NCBI GenBank assembly: GCA_047285535.1
Contig: JBJBDC010000001.1
Coordinates: forward strand, 96,136 to 160,135
From: Synechococcus sp.
GTDB lineage: Bacteria; Cyanobacteriota; Cyanobacteriia; PCC-6307; Cyanobiaceae
Reading direction: 5' to 3'
DNA: 64,000 bases
Shown: in pieces, positions 11,000-22,548 of the stretch
Position numbering within the stretch: position 1 is the stretch's first letter
Layout: each line of letters opens with the position of its first letter
Made by a program: the position numbers and the translations under genes
Notes under the pieces: model-generated
What the model saw: the letters and a program-made list of their open reading frames with translations, nothing else
The model's database searches: none
What the model was told of the DNA's origin: nothing

Positions 11000-11221
11000 A
11001 TGGCATTGATGGATACAAAGGTGGCAAAGCTCGGGAAAATCAGTCTCAAACAGATTCATCAGCTGAATACTGCTGATAGTTCACTTTTAATTCGCAAGCA
11101 TAAAGAGGTTCTCAATCTGATGATGAGGACACTTCAAGTAGACACTTATGGATTGACTTGGATTCAGTTCTTTAAAGGTGCTGGAGTCGGTGGCTTTGTA
11201 GTTTGGATCCTGATGCGTTGA
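11000..11221 (+). CDS. Small protein with C-terminal TM helix
   Basis: 73-aa ATG ORF ending FFKGAGVGGFVVWILMR. Confidence 0.65.
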   Translation: MALMDTKVAKLGKISLKQIHQLNTADSSLLIRKHKEVLNLMMRTLQVDTYGLTWIQFFKGAGVGGFVVWILMR

Positions 11222-11499
11222 GATTTTTCAAGGCTTCGATCTGTATTTTGACTCTGATGTGTGAGCAATGTTTGATGATCACTGGCAACGGTCTTGTTTA
11301 GATTGGAGCCCCAAAAAGCCGCATATTTGAATCATCAGGCATCACAGCAATAAGATTGCTAATAAGAAGTTCAATAGGTGAAATGCTTCTTCTGATGACG
11401 TGTTTACATTAAGAATGATGTTGCAGCCATGATATTTTATCTCAACAAAATGAAGACATTTCTGCCTAGCTATCATAATACTCATGATTCAATCGCTGC

Positions 11500-12285
11500 T
11501 TGAAGATGAGAGTATGGTCCAAGAGTCTTTTGGTTGGATTGCTCCTGATGCCTCTGCTCAGGTATTCAGCACAATCAGCCCCTTCTTCCGATAATAGGTG
11601 TGAGAATGTAAGGATTGGAACTTATCTGATTGTCAGTCAAGGAAGTAATCAAGGTATCCCTATAGGGCAACTTCAACTAGAAACCTTGAATGACGACGGA
11701 ACTTTGACTGGTATTCGTTTTCTCAGAGATGGAACGCGCTATAGCAACGTGAATTACACGGGCCGATGGGACAATGTTGCTAGTTGTCAGATACGAATCA
11801 GGCGAGATCTTAGCAGTTTCAACAGCAACGTTCTGTTGACAACACAAGGAGATCCTTATTTTTCTATCGTTACAACACCTGGAATTGTTGCAAGCGAACG
11901 TTGGTTCTTGCAATTAGATGCGCCTTGTACAGAAGATACTATTGTTGGAGATGTATTAAGTCTTCAGCAAGGTCATCAGTTGATCAATGGACAATGGAAA
12001 CCAAATACAGTAATTCAGAGGGAAGAGTGGAGCAAGTGGAGAATGAATGGTGTTGCTATGTCTTCTTATTCTGGGAAGGATGAAGTCGCTACTTATCAGG
12101 GTCAATTTACCCAAACTGATAATTGCGTGGGTAGAATTGACCAACAGGATAGCAACGGGGTACCCTACTCTTACATCGCCATTCTTCGTCCTAATGGTAA
12201 AGGATATGCATATCTACAAACACAAGGTGATTCACTTACTGTGGCAGTTCTCAACCGTATCGATCTGAATAGATCACCTCAATGA
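11500..12285 (+). CDS. Secreted protein with two internal beta-rich repeats
   Basis: Signal-peptide-like N-terminus; two similar halves, each with a Cys pair. Confidence 0.75.
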   Translation: MKMRVWSKSLLVGLLLMPLLRYSAQSAPSSDNRCENVRIGTYLIVSQGSNQGIPIGQLQLETLNDDGTLTGIRFLRDGTRYSNVNYTGRWDNVASCQIRIRRDLSSFNSNVLLTTQGDPYFSIVTTPGIVASERWFLQLDAPCTEDTIVGDVLSLQQGHQLINGQWKPNTVIQREEWSKWRMNGVAMSSYSGKDEVATYQGQFTQTDNCVGRIDQQDSNGVPYSYIAILRPNGKGYAYLQTQGDSLTVAVLNRIDLNRSPQ

Positions 12286-12880
12286 AGTCAATGAGAGTAA
12301 AATCTATGATTTTCTGAGGCAAACGACTTTGTAGGTGTTCAATGTGGACTATCGCTTCCAAAAGAATATTCATTTTTATGTTTGATTCTGTATTTGAAGT
12401 AAAGCTAGAATCAAATGAATTGATCCCATTGGTTACTCTAAGAGTCGCTTGCTAGTCATTTGAATAAGGGTTGATATCTCTGCGTGTGAACCTCTGTTCT
12501 AGTGAGAGGTTTGCCTATGGATATTCTTTTCCTTCGTAAGAAATAGCATGCGCCTCCCTGGATACGCGCAATATCTCTCAATACAGGTCTATGAAACTTC
12601 TTAATGCTTCTCTTCTGTGATACTTTCTTGATTAAATTAGACTACTTTCTTCTACAATCCTTGGCAAGAATGCTTTGTATCATGCTACTTCCAAGTTTTA
12701 CGAATCAATACCACACTTTTTGATTTATTTGCCTAAATGGACAGTATTTATCACTTTTTGCCCTTTTGAACCCACTGGCCTTGGTGAAATTGTTCGTCCG
12801 CTGACTTTTTTGATGCAATACTTTGTCTTTACCGGTTGCATGTATTAAAATTATCCGATGAATAGCTTACAAGACTCAGA

Positions 12881-13501
12881 ATGGAATCATTTATTCCAAG
12901 TAAAACCGCTCTTCTTCTGATTGGTTTTCAGCGAGATTATTTTGATCCTGATGGCATTCTCTACTCTGTCGTGGAAGAATCTCATCGCCTTTCCGGTACC
13001 CTCGAGCACACTATTGACGTTCTGGATAAGATTATTGATTCTTCCGTTACTATAGTAAATACACCAATAGTTTTTAGCGAGACATATCATGAAATTGAGA
13101 ATCCCATGGGTATACTAAAAGCCATTAAGGATTCTGAAGCTTTTAAGATAGGTACAACTGGGGCAGAAACTATTCCTCAGATTCTGAACTATGGTGATCG
13201 AATTGAAGTGATTCCAGGGAAGCGAGGCTTTAATGCATTTTCGAATACAGCATTAGAAGATCTGCTTGTTCAGAAGGGGATAGAACGTCTTGTCATTGCG
13301 GGTTGTGTTACATCTCTCTGTGTTAATGCCACTGCATTGGCGGCAAAGGAAAACGGTTTTGATGTAACCATCCTGTCCGATTGCACTTCGAGTCGAACGC
13401 CAGTAGAACAAGATATGTTCTGCAAGGAGATATTTCCCTTATTTACTAATGTTGTTGACCATAATCAATTTGCTACTGACATTGTTAGCAATAGTGATTG
13501 A
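12881..13501 (+). CDS. Isochorismatase-like cysteine hydrolase; first catalytic Asp replaced by Gly
   Basis: TALLLIGFQRD, GKRGFNAFSNT, IAGCVTSLCV, LSDCTSS motifs. Confidence 0.88.
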   Translation: MESFIPSKTALLLIGFQRDYFDPDGILYSVVEESHRLSGTLEHTIDVLDKIIDSSVTIVNTPIVFSETYHEIENPMGILKAIKDSEAFKIGTTGAETIPQILNYGDRIEVIPGKRGFNAFSNTALEDLLVQKGIERLVIAGCVTSLCVNATALAAKENGFDVTILSDCTSSRTPVEQDMFCKEIFPLFTNVVDHNQFATDIVSNSD

Positions 13502-15054
13502 TGTCTATCGACCGTTATCAGGACCCAGATGCCACAGCAGTAGCTCAGTCTAGGCTTATTGAACGCTTAGCTGAGTCAGAGAGAAACATAAGAGATATTC
13601 TTTCTAATCTACCAGTTATAGTTGCTCGTTTTGATAGGAATGGTCAAGGTGAAATTGAATTTCTTAACATGGCTTGGAACAGAATATTAGGATATGAAAT
13701 TGATTCTAGTTTGGGCACTGCAATTGATTCTTATGTATTGGCTGATGATCTAGACAAGTGGAGAAATCTTGTCAACAACAGCAAGAAAAGCCATGCCGAT
13801 CCATCAGATGGCCAAGTTCGTTTTCAAGACTCAAAAGGTGAGACTCGCTGGTTGAAGGTTAAATTCGATCAGCGTGAAGGTGGTGAGGTCATTGTTCTCA
13901 TGGAAGATTTTACTGAGCGACGCCGCCTTGATGCAGAACTTTTGCGTGCTCAGCGATTAGAGAGTATTGGAAGACTTGCTGGAGGTTTAGCACATGACTT
14001 TAATAATCTTTTGCAGGTTATTATGGGGTATATTGATATTAGTCAAAGGGTCAATAAAAATCATGGAATCGATACTAAGTATTTGAAGATCGCAAATCAG
14101 GCTTGTGTGCGTGCCGCTGGGCTAACGAAGCAAATGTTGTCTTTTAGTAAAGGTGGAAATCCCGTTCGTAAGATTTGGGCCTTAGAGGATGTTGTGAAGG
14201 AAGCAATGGAGATGAGTTTACATGGTTCAAATGTTAAAGCTGATCTTCAATGCGAACCCTCTATTCCTAAGGTTGATATTGACTCTGGTCAGATTCACCA
14301 GGTTTTTAACAATATTATTTTAAATGCTCAGCAGGCGATGCCAGATGGGGGGCAAATCAAACTAGATATCCGTAGTGAATGGAATGGATCTGATGGTAAG
14401 CAATCTAGGGAAATGGTTGTTGTAGAAGTCACCGATAGTGGTAATGGCATTCAACCATCGGATATGGAGAAGATCTTTGATCCTTTCTTTACAACTAAAA
14501 AACAGGGAACTGGTCTTGGCTTAACAAGTGCCTATTGGATCGTGCAGAGACATGACGGTGATTTACAAATTAAAAGCGAGATTGGATTAGGAACAGTTGT
14601 CCGAATTTCATTACCAGCAGTTCGTAATGTATCGATTCCATTCGAATCGGAAGTTATTGATCAAAAAACATCATCTCCATTAAGGATATTAATCATGGAT
14701 GATGAAGATTTGGTTCGATCAACGTTGGAATTAATGCTTCAAGAGCATGGTCATATTGTCACTAGTACAGAGCATGGTCAAGAGTGTTTAGATACGTACA
14801 TGGAAGCACTCGATAAGAATCAAACTTTTGATTTGGTCATTCTTGACCTTACAATTTCTGGAGGTAAGGGAGGCCTTTGGACCATTAATCAGTTGCGTAA
14901 AGTGAATCCCTCGGTGAAAGCAGTCGTCGCGAGTGGGTATAGCCAAGATAGCATTTTATCTGATTACAAAAAGAGTGGTTTCTGTGCAGTCTTGCAAAAG
15001 CCTTTCGATATGCACCTGTTGACTCGATGTTTAGCCGAGGTGATGTTTGACTGA
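13501..15054 (+). CDS. Cytoplasmic PAS-domain hybrid sensor histidine kinase with receiver domain
   Basis: PAS domain, AHDFNNLL H-box, NAQQAM N-box, DSGNGI, FFTTK, GTGLGL, receiver ILIMDDE...VILDL...KPF; ATG overlaps the upstream TGA. Confidence 0.95.
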   Translation: MSIDRYQDPDATAVAQSRLIERLAESERNIRDILSNLPVIVARFDRNGQGEIEFLNMAWNRILGYEIDSSLGTAIDSYVLADDLDKWRNLVNNSKKSHADPSDGQVRFQDSKGETRWLKVKFDQREGGEVIVLMEDFTERRRLDAELLRAQRLESIGRLAGGLAHDFNNLLQVIMGYIDISQRVNKNHGIDTKYLKIANQACVRAAGLTKQMLSFSKGGNPVRKIWALEDVVKEAMEMSLHGSNVKADLQCEPSIPKVDIDSGQIHQVFNNIILNAQQAMPDGGQIKLDIRSEWNGSDGKQSREMVVVEVTDSGNGIQPSDMEKIFDPFFTTKKQGTGLGLTSAYWIVQRHDGDLQIKSEIGLGTVVRISLPAVRNVSIPFESEVIDQKTSSPLRILIMDDEDLVRSTLELMLQEHGHIVTSTEHGQECLDTYMEALDKNQTFDLVILDLTISGGKGGLWTINQLRKVNPSVKAVVASGYSQDSILSDYKKSGFCAVLQKPFDMHLLTRCLAEVMFD

Positions 15055-15962
15055 ATTTAGATAAAATGCAAAATCACTATGATTTTAATTTCTGCTGGTA
15101 ATTCGTTTTAGTCTTGTGCATTCATCGATGCTTCTGTGAGACCTGACTGAGGACTTTCTTTCTCTTCAATGTTAATGCTGAAAATTGTTGCTATAGATAA
15201 GGCATTCCTTTTGTTGTCTGGGTGTTTTGTATGTGGCTGAAAGATTCTTTAGTCTTTTCCCTGCGCCTTTTTCTTGGATTTGCCTTTGTTAGGATTTTCA
15301 ACTCATTCATTTAGAATTAAATCAATTTTGAAGATCGATTGATGCGCTGGATAAGTGTCAGATAGCGATCTGACCTCCTGCCTAAAGAATAGAAATGAAA
15401 AAAGGTCAAAATACAGCAACTGTAAATGACAAGTTCGATGATGGTGGCTCATACATTTGTTTCTACTGCTTGTTTTATCCCAGTGAAGCGCGGGATTGCG
15501 TGAGTCCCCTGTGCTTCATCTGGATTACTTCGTTGTCAATGAGTCTTACTTGCGCTTGTGACGCTCTCTTGCATTGAATTAAATTGATCCTTTGATTTTA
15601 TTGAATTTCCCATTTCAGTACCGCTACTGTTTCTTACTGCCTATTCTTATGATTTAGCATATTTCTTGCCACCTTCTGGTTTTGATTGGTGATGATTATT
15701 TCTATTCTTGGTTTTGTTTTCGCCTATGTTTAGTGATTTCAAGTTTTTAGCATCAGAAAGCTTTGGCATTTGTACTTTCCTTGATTCAACTCCCCTTGTT
15801 GCTTCGAAATTGATCTGATGATTGTTTTTTCCTGCACTAAATCTACTAGTCTTTTGGCCCAAGATCCTTTACCTCTGTAATCCATCGTTGTCTATACTTG
15901 CTCGGCTTGGTTCGTTGTAGTGACAGCCTTTTATTGCTTCTGCTGGGAAATATCTATACGAA

Positions 15963-16121
15963 TTATTTGCTCAGGTACTCATTTATTATGGGTGATTCTT
16001 CGTCTGCTTCCAGTGCTTTAATTTCTCTGGAAATATTATCGATAAAAAGTTGGTTGCCTTTTGTTTTTGCGATGTCAAGTGCTTTTTTTAGCTTTTCCAA
16101 AGCTACTTCTTTTTCGCTCAT
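15963..16121 (-). CDS. 52-aa helical microprotein (below ORF-track cutoff)
   Basis: Manual translation MSEKEVALEKLKKALDIAKTKGNQLFIDNISREIKALEADEESPIINEYLSK. Confidence 0.6.
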   Translation of the reverse strand: MSEKEVALEKLKKALDIAKTKGNQLFIDNISREIKALEADEESPIINEYLSK

Positions 16122-16650
16122 TGAGTTGGTTCCTATCTGTTGGATTTTGAATATTATAGGATTGATGATGTCTTTATGATCATTTGAGTTTCTTCTGTTT
16201 TTACCTCTCTTGCGTGTTACTTACGCTCTTGCCCCACTATTGTTCGCCCTAACGACCTTTGCAATGCGCCTTTATACCGATGGCAAAGCTGTCCAGCTGG
16301 CGCAAACTAAGCATATCGAGAGAAGGAGGCGCTTTGACAGACGACACTCCACCTGAGTTATCGGCAGAAGCAAGCTGACTTCAGGTCCCTGCTCCAACAG
16401 TCTCAACAAGACGTGGGTTGTTCCTTTGGTAGGCAATCCCTTGCACGCCACGCCAATCGATGCTCCATTAGCACCGTCCTAGGTGCCCTCAGGAGAAAAC
16501 GACCCAACACCTAGAGCTCCGGCCCCAGGTGATCCTGCAGTTAGTCGCTTCGTACCACGCTTTCAGTTCACTGTTTTCGTTTCGAGGTTAAAGCTTCACC
16601 GATACAGAATCACTGATTACTGGTGTGCGCTATGCATAAACGAGCGAGCT

Positions 16651-16707
16651 AGGCCGTCTTTTCCATCTGGGAGGGGCGGCCTCCTGATTTCTCAAACCTT
16701 TGGAGAA
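16651..16707 (+). promoter_or_regulatory. Structured leader (two hairpins) upstream of the 16713 gene
   Basis: 14-bp stem 16651-16682 with four G-U pairs; short TTCTC/GAGAA stem overlapping a GGAGA SD-like sequence. Confidence 0.4.
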
Positions 16708-16712
16708 TTCTC

Positions 16713-17012
16713 ATGTCCAATGCAGCTTTTACTGCTCCTAAGACACTTCCGTTGCTGATGTCAGTGTCCGAGGCTGCAGAATGTCGTTCTCGCAATGATC
16801 GACAGACTTATTTTGCTATCACACGCAGTCTCGTTCAAGCTCAGTTTCTTCTTGATGATCGAGAGTTGTCCAGACGTTTATGGCAGGAGATTGCTGACCG
16901 TGATCTTGATGTAGGTAGAATTATTAACTTAATGTATGGATGTTGGTTCCATCAAGATGATGAGGAAATGACATTAGTCGATCAACTTCATCTTTCTCTT
17001 AATTTGGACTAG
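16713..17012 (+). CDS. Hypothetical protein, 99 aa
   Basis: ATG ORF with GGAGA SD upstream and protein-like composition. Confidence 0.75.
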   Translation: MSNAAFTAPKTLPLLMSVSEAAECRSRNDRQTYFAITRSLVQAQFLLDDRELSRRLWQEIADRDLDVGRIINLMYGCWFHQDDEEMTLVDQLHLSLNLD

Positions 17013-17532
17013 GTTTTCGACTTATTAGTTTCTTCCCTTTGATCTGACGATATCACTGTCTACATATAATTGATTGCCTCATTCATTTGATGCTTATTCG
17101 CTTTTGTATGTGTTGTTTGGTTTGATGGTTGTCTTGATTTTCTCTTTTTGCTTGTCTAGTTAATCTCATTTTTGATTTAATATACGTGCTTGTTTTGACG
17201 CTTTGCTGTGGATCTAATGATCAATTGACTGCTATCTACTTTTATTTCACCGACTAAGCCGCCACATTTATTGTTCCTGGACATGGTACACGCTCCAATA
17301 TTGATTCTTTCTTGTCTTTAACGATCTATCTTTACGTTCTTACAATGGCGAATTGAGTATTTGTTAATTAGTTGTGTATAAAGTGCAAACTTGTTGATTG
17401 TAAATTCTTCATTGTATGCATCTCTTGTATTCCTGTGAATTCAAAGCTTTATCGCTATCCCTGCATTTTAACTGGTTTTTGAAACGATTTTTTGTTTGTC
17501 TGGGCTTATGGGATTGATCTTTTTCTTTTCAC

Positions 17533-17733
17533 CTATGCGCATCTTTGGTGATGATGGGATTGACTTGCTGCATACCTTCTTCCTGCGCTGTGAGCTTCGT
17601 TAACTGATTTAAAGTTGCCTACATGGTCATAATCGATTCCATTTGTGGTTGCGGAGACGGAATAAAGATTTGTTGTTACCTTTTGCACTGACCAGTGCAT
17701 GAAGCATGATGGAGCTTTTTTGCTTGTGCTCAT
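17533..17733 (-). CDS. Hypothetical protein, 66 aa
   Basis: ATG ORF preceded by an AG-rich SD-like sequence. Confidence 0.55.
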   Translation of the reverse strand: MSTSKKAPSCFMHWSVQKVTTNLYSVSATTNGIDYDHVGNFKSVNEAHSAGRRYAASQSHHHQRCA

Positions 17734-17999
17734 TGCCTTTCTCTATCCAATGTCTTGAAATTAAGATGTTATTTTCTTTCTGAGCTATTCCCTTAACGAA
17801 ACTCTATCGGATTTAATTTTTCCTTTAGGTTTTACTTGTCCGTTTTCTTCTTTATTGCTTGCAGTAGTGAGTTTTTTACTGTGGGTTTTTTGTTCATCTT
17901 CCCTGTCATTTGATCTTTAAATTTACCTCGTCCTGTTGAAGTTCGCTTGATTGTTGACGCTAAATATACTGTTTAATGTTTACTGTCTTTGCATCGACT

Positions 18000-18284
18000 A
18001 TGTCTCTCGATCAACTAAGAGCTTTCCTTATCAGGATGCAGCATGATGTAAAGCTTATGTCTGATATCCTTACCGCTTCTAATGCAGATGATGATGCAAA
18101 TTATGCAGCAACTTTAGGTTATGAGTTCTCTGGTGATGAACTCTTACGCCAATCTGGCAAGCAAGTAGGACAAGTTACTGTGTTTAATCGGCAACCACAC
18201 GGTGAGTATCATCGATTACACTTTTTTCTGATTGGATTCCTATCCCAATACATTAATATTGATCTAAATTCTAATTCATCTTGA
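18000..18284 (+). CDS. Nif11-like leader peptide family protein
   Basis: MSLDQLRAFL...AATLGYEFSGDELL matches the Nif11-type leader pattern. Confidence 0.7.
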   Translation: MSLDQLRAFLIRMQHDVKLMSDILTASNADDDANYAATLGYEFSGDELLRQSGKQVGQVTVFNRQPHGEYHRLHFFLIGFLSQYINIDLNSNSS

Positions 18285-18483
18285 GCTTTTTAGTAGTACC
18301 GCTTAAGTTTTGATACTGCAATACTTATTTTATGTGTTTAATTATTTTCGTTAAATCTTGATTTCATCTTTTAAGCTTTCCGCGTCGCTTTTGTTCGTTA
18401 GTGGACCTGTTTTGCCCCTTGGCTTTTATTCCGATTTCGTATATTTATGTCTACGTCATATGATTGTCCATTAAAACTCTACG

Positions 18484-18735
18484 TTACTTCACTTGTTCTC
18501 CGTCGATGCTGATGTCAAATTCAATACCGAATCGATGTGCTGTTGCTCTAAATCGTTTTGCTAGCTCTATAAATAATTTCTTGACCAATTCGTCATCAAA
18601 ATCATAGATATCTAGATTCGCTGTTTTTGATACTGCCTGAAGATCTTCAATCAGTTTTTCGACCCTTGTTGAAAATATTTTCCCAAATCTAGCTCGCTTT
18701 TCTGTTGACGAGTTGAAATCTGGTAGCTCAGTCAT
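18484..18735 (-). CDS. Hypothetical protein, 83 aa
   Basis: ATG ORF, amphipathic helical composition. Confidence 0.75.
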   Translation of the reverse strand: MTELPDFNSSTEKRARFGKIFSTRVEKLIEDLQAVSKTANLDIYDFDDELVKKLFIELAKRFRATAHRFGIEFDISIDGEQVK

Positions 18736-18924
18736 TGTACTGTGATTTTTTTAATTTTCACTAGTTTTACATGTTTTTTTTCTTTTGAGTCAATTGTTGA
18801 ATTTATGTACAATCAAATTTATTGATCATTGTTGGTTCTCTCGTTTTTAGTTGGAATTGGAAGTTAATATAATAGTTCCTGTTGAATAGATTTTGTTTTC
18901 ACTTGATTGAATGCTCTTCTCTTG

Positions 18925-19989
<1,065 letters not shown>

Positions 19990-20105
19990 TCACACTTCCC
20001 GTCTTTTTAATTTGTTAACCCAAATAAAATTCTGATTTTCAAATCCGCTTGATGTCCAGTTGTTCCTGATTTCTATGGGATCATCTCCTCTTGCTGGTTC
20101 TAGAC

Positions 20106-20774
20106 CTATGTATTTGTGCATGCTCCGTTAGTGGTGATCACTACCTGATCACCCAGTTTCATTTCTTTTAACAGTTTTGTTATGTCTTTGTTGTTCATGT
20201 TGATGCAACCACCAGTTACTGCCTTGCCAACTCGTCCTTCATCGTTGGTTCCATGAATTGCAAAGCTGTACCATCTGAATTTTCCTGCATATTCATTAAA
20301 TTCAAATGGTTGTTTGTTTTCTGGCACTGGTTTCAGGCTTATATATCCCATTCCATACTCATTCTTTCTCCCATCTCCCTGAAAATCAATTGAGCTCATG
20401 TCATTAAATAAGTTCTTTACCAGGTATTCCTTGCTTTTCCCTGATTTGTTTATAAGTGATTCTTCCATTTCAAATTTCTCATTGCTTAATATAGCATTGA
20501 CTTTGAATGTTCCTAGCGGTGTCATCCCTTCTTCGAATTGACTACCTTTGCAACTAACTCCATATTTGCCAAACCCAACTTTGAATATTTCATTCCCCAC
20601 TTCTTTGTTTATTGTGGCATAGCTTTCGTCAGGTTTTCTTTGATTTAAATGTATCTGTATTTTAGCGCCTTGACTTTTTGCTGGATCCAATGGATCCTTT
20701 ATCGTTGTACATCCTGCAAGGACGCACAGTATTCCCGCCAAGCCTAGATGTTTTTTCGCCATCAATGAGTACAT
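20106..20774 (-). CDS. L,D-transpeptidase (YkuD) family lipoprotein
   Basis: VLAG-C lipobox, TPLGTF, AIHGT...VTGGCINM catalytic motif. Confidence 0.85.
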   Translation of the reverse strand: MYSLMAKKHLGLAGILCVLAGCTTIKDPLDPAKSQGAKIQIHLNQRKPDESYATINKEVGNEIFKVGFGKYGVSCKGSQFEEGMTPLGTFKVNAILSNEKFEMEESLINKSGKSKEYLVKNLFNDMSSIDFQGDGRKNEYGMGYISLKPVPENKQPFEFNEYAGKFRWYSFAIHGTNDEGRVGKAVTGGCINMNNKDITKLLKEMKLGDQVVITTNGACTNT

Positions 20775-21024
20775 CTTGGACGTCACTTCCCTATGCTGCG
20801 CTTTCCTTTGCCTTTTCACCACTATAATCCTTCATTCTCTCACTTTCGCTAGCAATTCTTAGCCCTTCCCGTCATATTTCTTATTTTCTTTCTGTCTTTG
20901 CTTTTGACTTCACTCATTGTTGAACCTCGCGGTTAGCTTTTCTTTTCGCTTAGTTGAAGCCTTCTTACGAAATCGATGCGTTTGAAGCCATTCATCCGAT
21001 GATTGGCATGTTCTACTTAAATCC

Positions 21025-21282
21025 ATGGAATTCAACCTTTTTGCGCTGGCTGCTCCTTCTACCTTCGCTTGGTCTCCTAAAGTTGGCCTTTTAATGGTTT
21101 TATGTAACGTTTTCGCGATTTATATTGGCACCACTATTTTCAAGGCAGGTGAAGGTACTCAGCTTCCCAATCCTACTTATTTCGGTGGATTAGGTTTAGA
21201 AGCTTTAATCGCTACTACCAGCCTTGGTCATGTTATAGGTTTTGGTGTCATCTTGGGTTTAGGAGCGAGTGGATTGCTCTAG
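21025..21282 (+). CDS. psaK: Photosystem I reaction centre subunit PsaK
   Basis: WSPKVGLLMVLCN...ATTSLGHVIGFGVILGL. Confidence 0.92.
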   Translation: MEFNLFALAAPSTFAWSPKVGLLMVLCNVFAIYIGTTIFKAGEGTQLPNPTYFGGLGLEALIATTSLGHVIGFGVILGLGASGLL

Positions 21283-21429
21283 TGTTCTGAGATGATCCGA
21301 TGCTGTTGCAGAATCAGTCATTGTCGTAGTAATGGCTGCTGATGCAATCGAATTTATTGTTTTTTACTGGTATAATTTGATTCTTTTCAATAGATTGCTT
21401 TTCTAGTCTTTGGTCAATCTATTGTCTAT

Positions 21430-22074
21430 TCATACTCCTTTATTGCTATACTGCTTAAGAAGTCCAGATAAAATTGCCAATGCAAATACTCCTAAAAAAG
21501 CTACCAGAAGCATTGTTTTACCTCCATTGAACACTCCGGCCCCCAAGGCCACGATCGGTGGATTGCTTAACCCAACGCTGATAATCAGAGCTGGTGCAAA
21601 TCTGTTCCATTTAGTTCCTCCAAGTCCGGCTGCATAACTTACAAAATCAAATAGTCCTGTCATCAACAGACCTGTTAGCAAAAATAGATTTCCTTCGATT
21701 TGTTTTTTATTGAAGTTTTCAATCCGCTTGCTTGCTTTTTCGCCTACAAGCGCTCTAACTGGTTTTTGTCCATATCTTTTTGCGAGGAAGAATGCAATCT
21801 GGCAAAAAATTAAATCAGTTATCGCTATTGTTATTAATCCTTTCTCAAATCCTAGTAAGGCTCCCGCTAGAAGTGCGTAGGCCGTACTTGGAAGCGCTGG
21901 GAGAACAATACTAATACCCCTTAATGCAACAATTCCCAGAGGTGCCCAGGCACCCATACTGTTCACTTGTTCTCTCAATGGCTCTAGAGCATGGGTATGT
22001 CCTAGATGCACCAATACAATGGCCAGTGCCACGATCGCGCTGACCTCGATGATTTTTCTTAGGTTTTTCACCAA
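21430..22074 (-). CDS. TVP38/TMEM64 (DedA/VTT) family membrane protein
   Basis: LPALPSTAYALLAGALLG, FFLAKRYG, FDFVSYAAGL. Confidence 0.85.
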   Translation of the reverse strand: MVKNLRKIIEVSAIVALAIVLVHLGHTHALEPLREQVNSMGAWAPLGIVALRGISIVLPALPSTAYALLAGALLGFEKGLITIAITDLIFCQIAFFLAKRYGQKPVRALVGEKASKRIENFNKKQIEGNLFLLTGLLMTGLFDFVSYAAGLGGTKWNRFAPALIISVGLSNPPIVALGAGVFNGGKTMLLVAFLGVFALAILSGLLKQYSNKGV

Positions 22075-22374
22075 CCAGTAAGAGGAATCGATTTCCCTTA
22101 CTGTTGCACGGAACGCGTTCTCCTTAGATTTTTTTTGAATGTTATGCTTTCTTTATATTGTTTTATTTTTTGTTCGATATAGCATATTGATGGCACTTAT
22201 TTCTTGTTTGCCTTTTCAATGCTTACTTATTAGGAGATTATTCTCACTATTGGACGATTGGCCCACTCAGCTCCTTTCCTCAGAGTTCTAGGTTGCGATC
22301 CTTACCTTTTCTTTCGGATTCAAGTGCTGTCTTTTGTCTAGACGGCGTTAACTTTCAGACGTTGCAATGATTTT

Positions 22375-22548
22375 ATGGATTCAACTGATCTCGAGGTAGT
22401 CAACGTATTGGTATTCCAACAGCTTCTAGAATCTGTAGAGCGTGAGTCTTGGACTGAGGCCGCCATGGCTCTTTATAAGCTTTATGATCTTGAAGCTGGG
22501 CAGACTTTTGAGGAAGAAGATCTTCAGGAACATTTGTGCGCAGCCTGA
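22375..22548 (+). CDS. 57-aa acidic microprotein (below ORF-track cutoff)
   Basis: Manual translation MDSTDLEVVNVLVFQQLLESVERESWTEAAMALYKLYDLEAGQTFEEEDLQEHLCAA. Confidence 0.55.
   Translation: MDSTDLEVVNVLVFQQLLESVERESWTEAAMALYKLYDLEAGQTFEEEDLQEHLCAA

Noticed and set aside
12677..12688. GTA-TCATGC-TAC as an NtcA site upstream of the hydrolase-kinase operon
   Set aside because: Spacing is N6, not the canonical GTA-N8-TAC.
16230..16560. GC-richer patch in AT-rich intergenic DNA
   Set aside because: No convincing reading frame, repeat or RNA structure found by eye; possibly a gene remnant.
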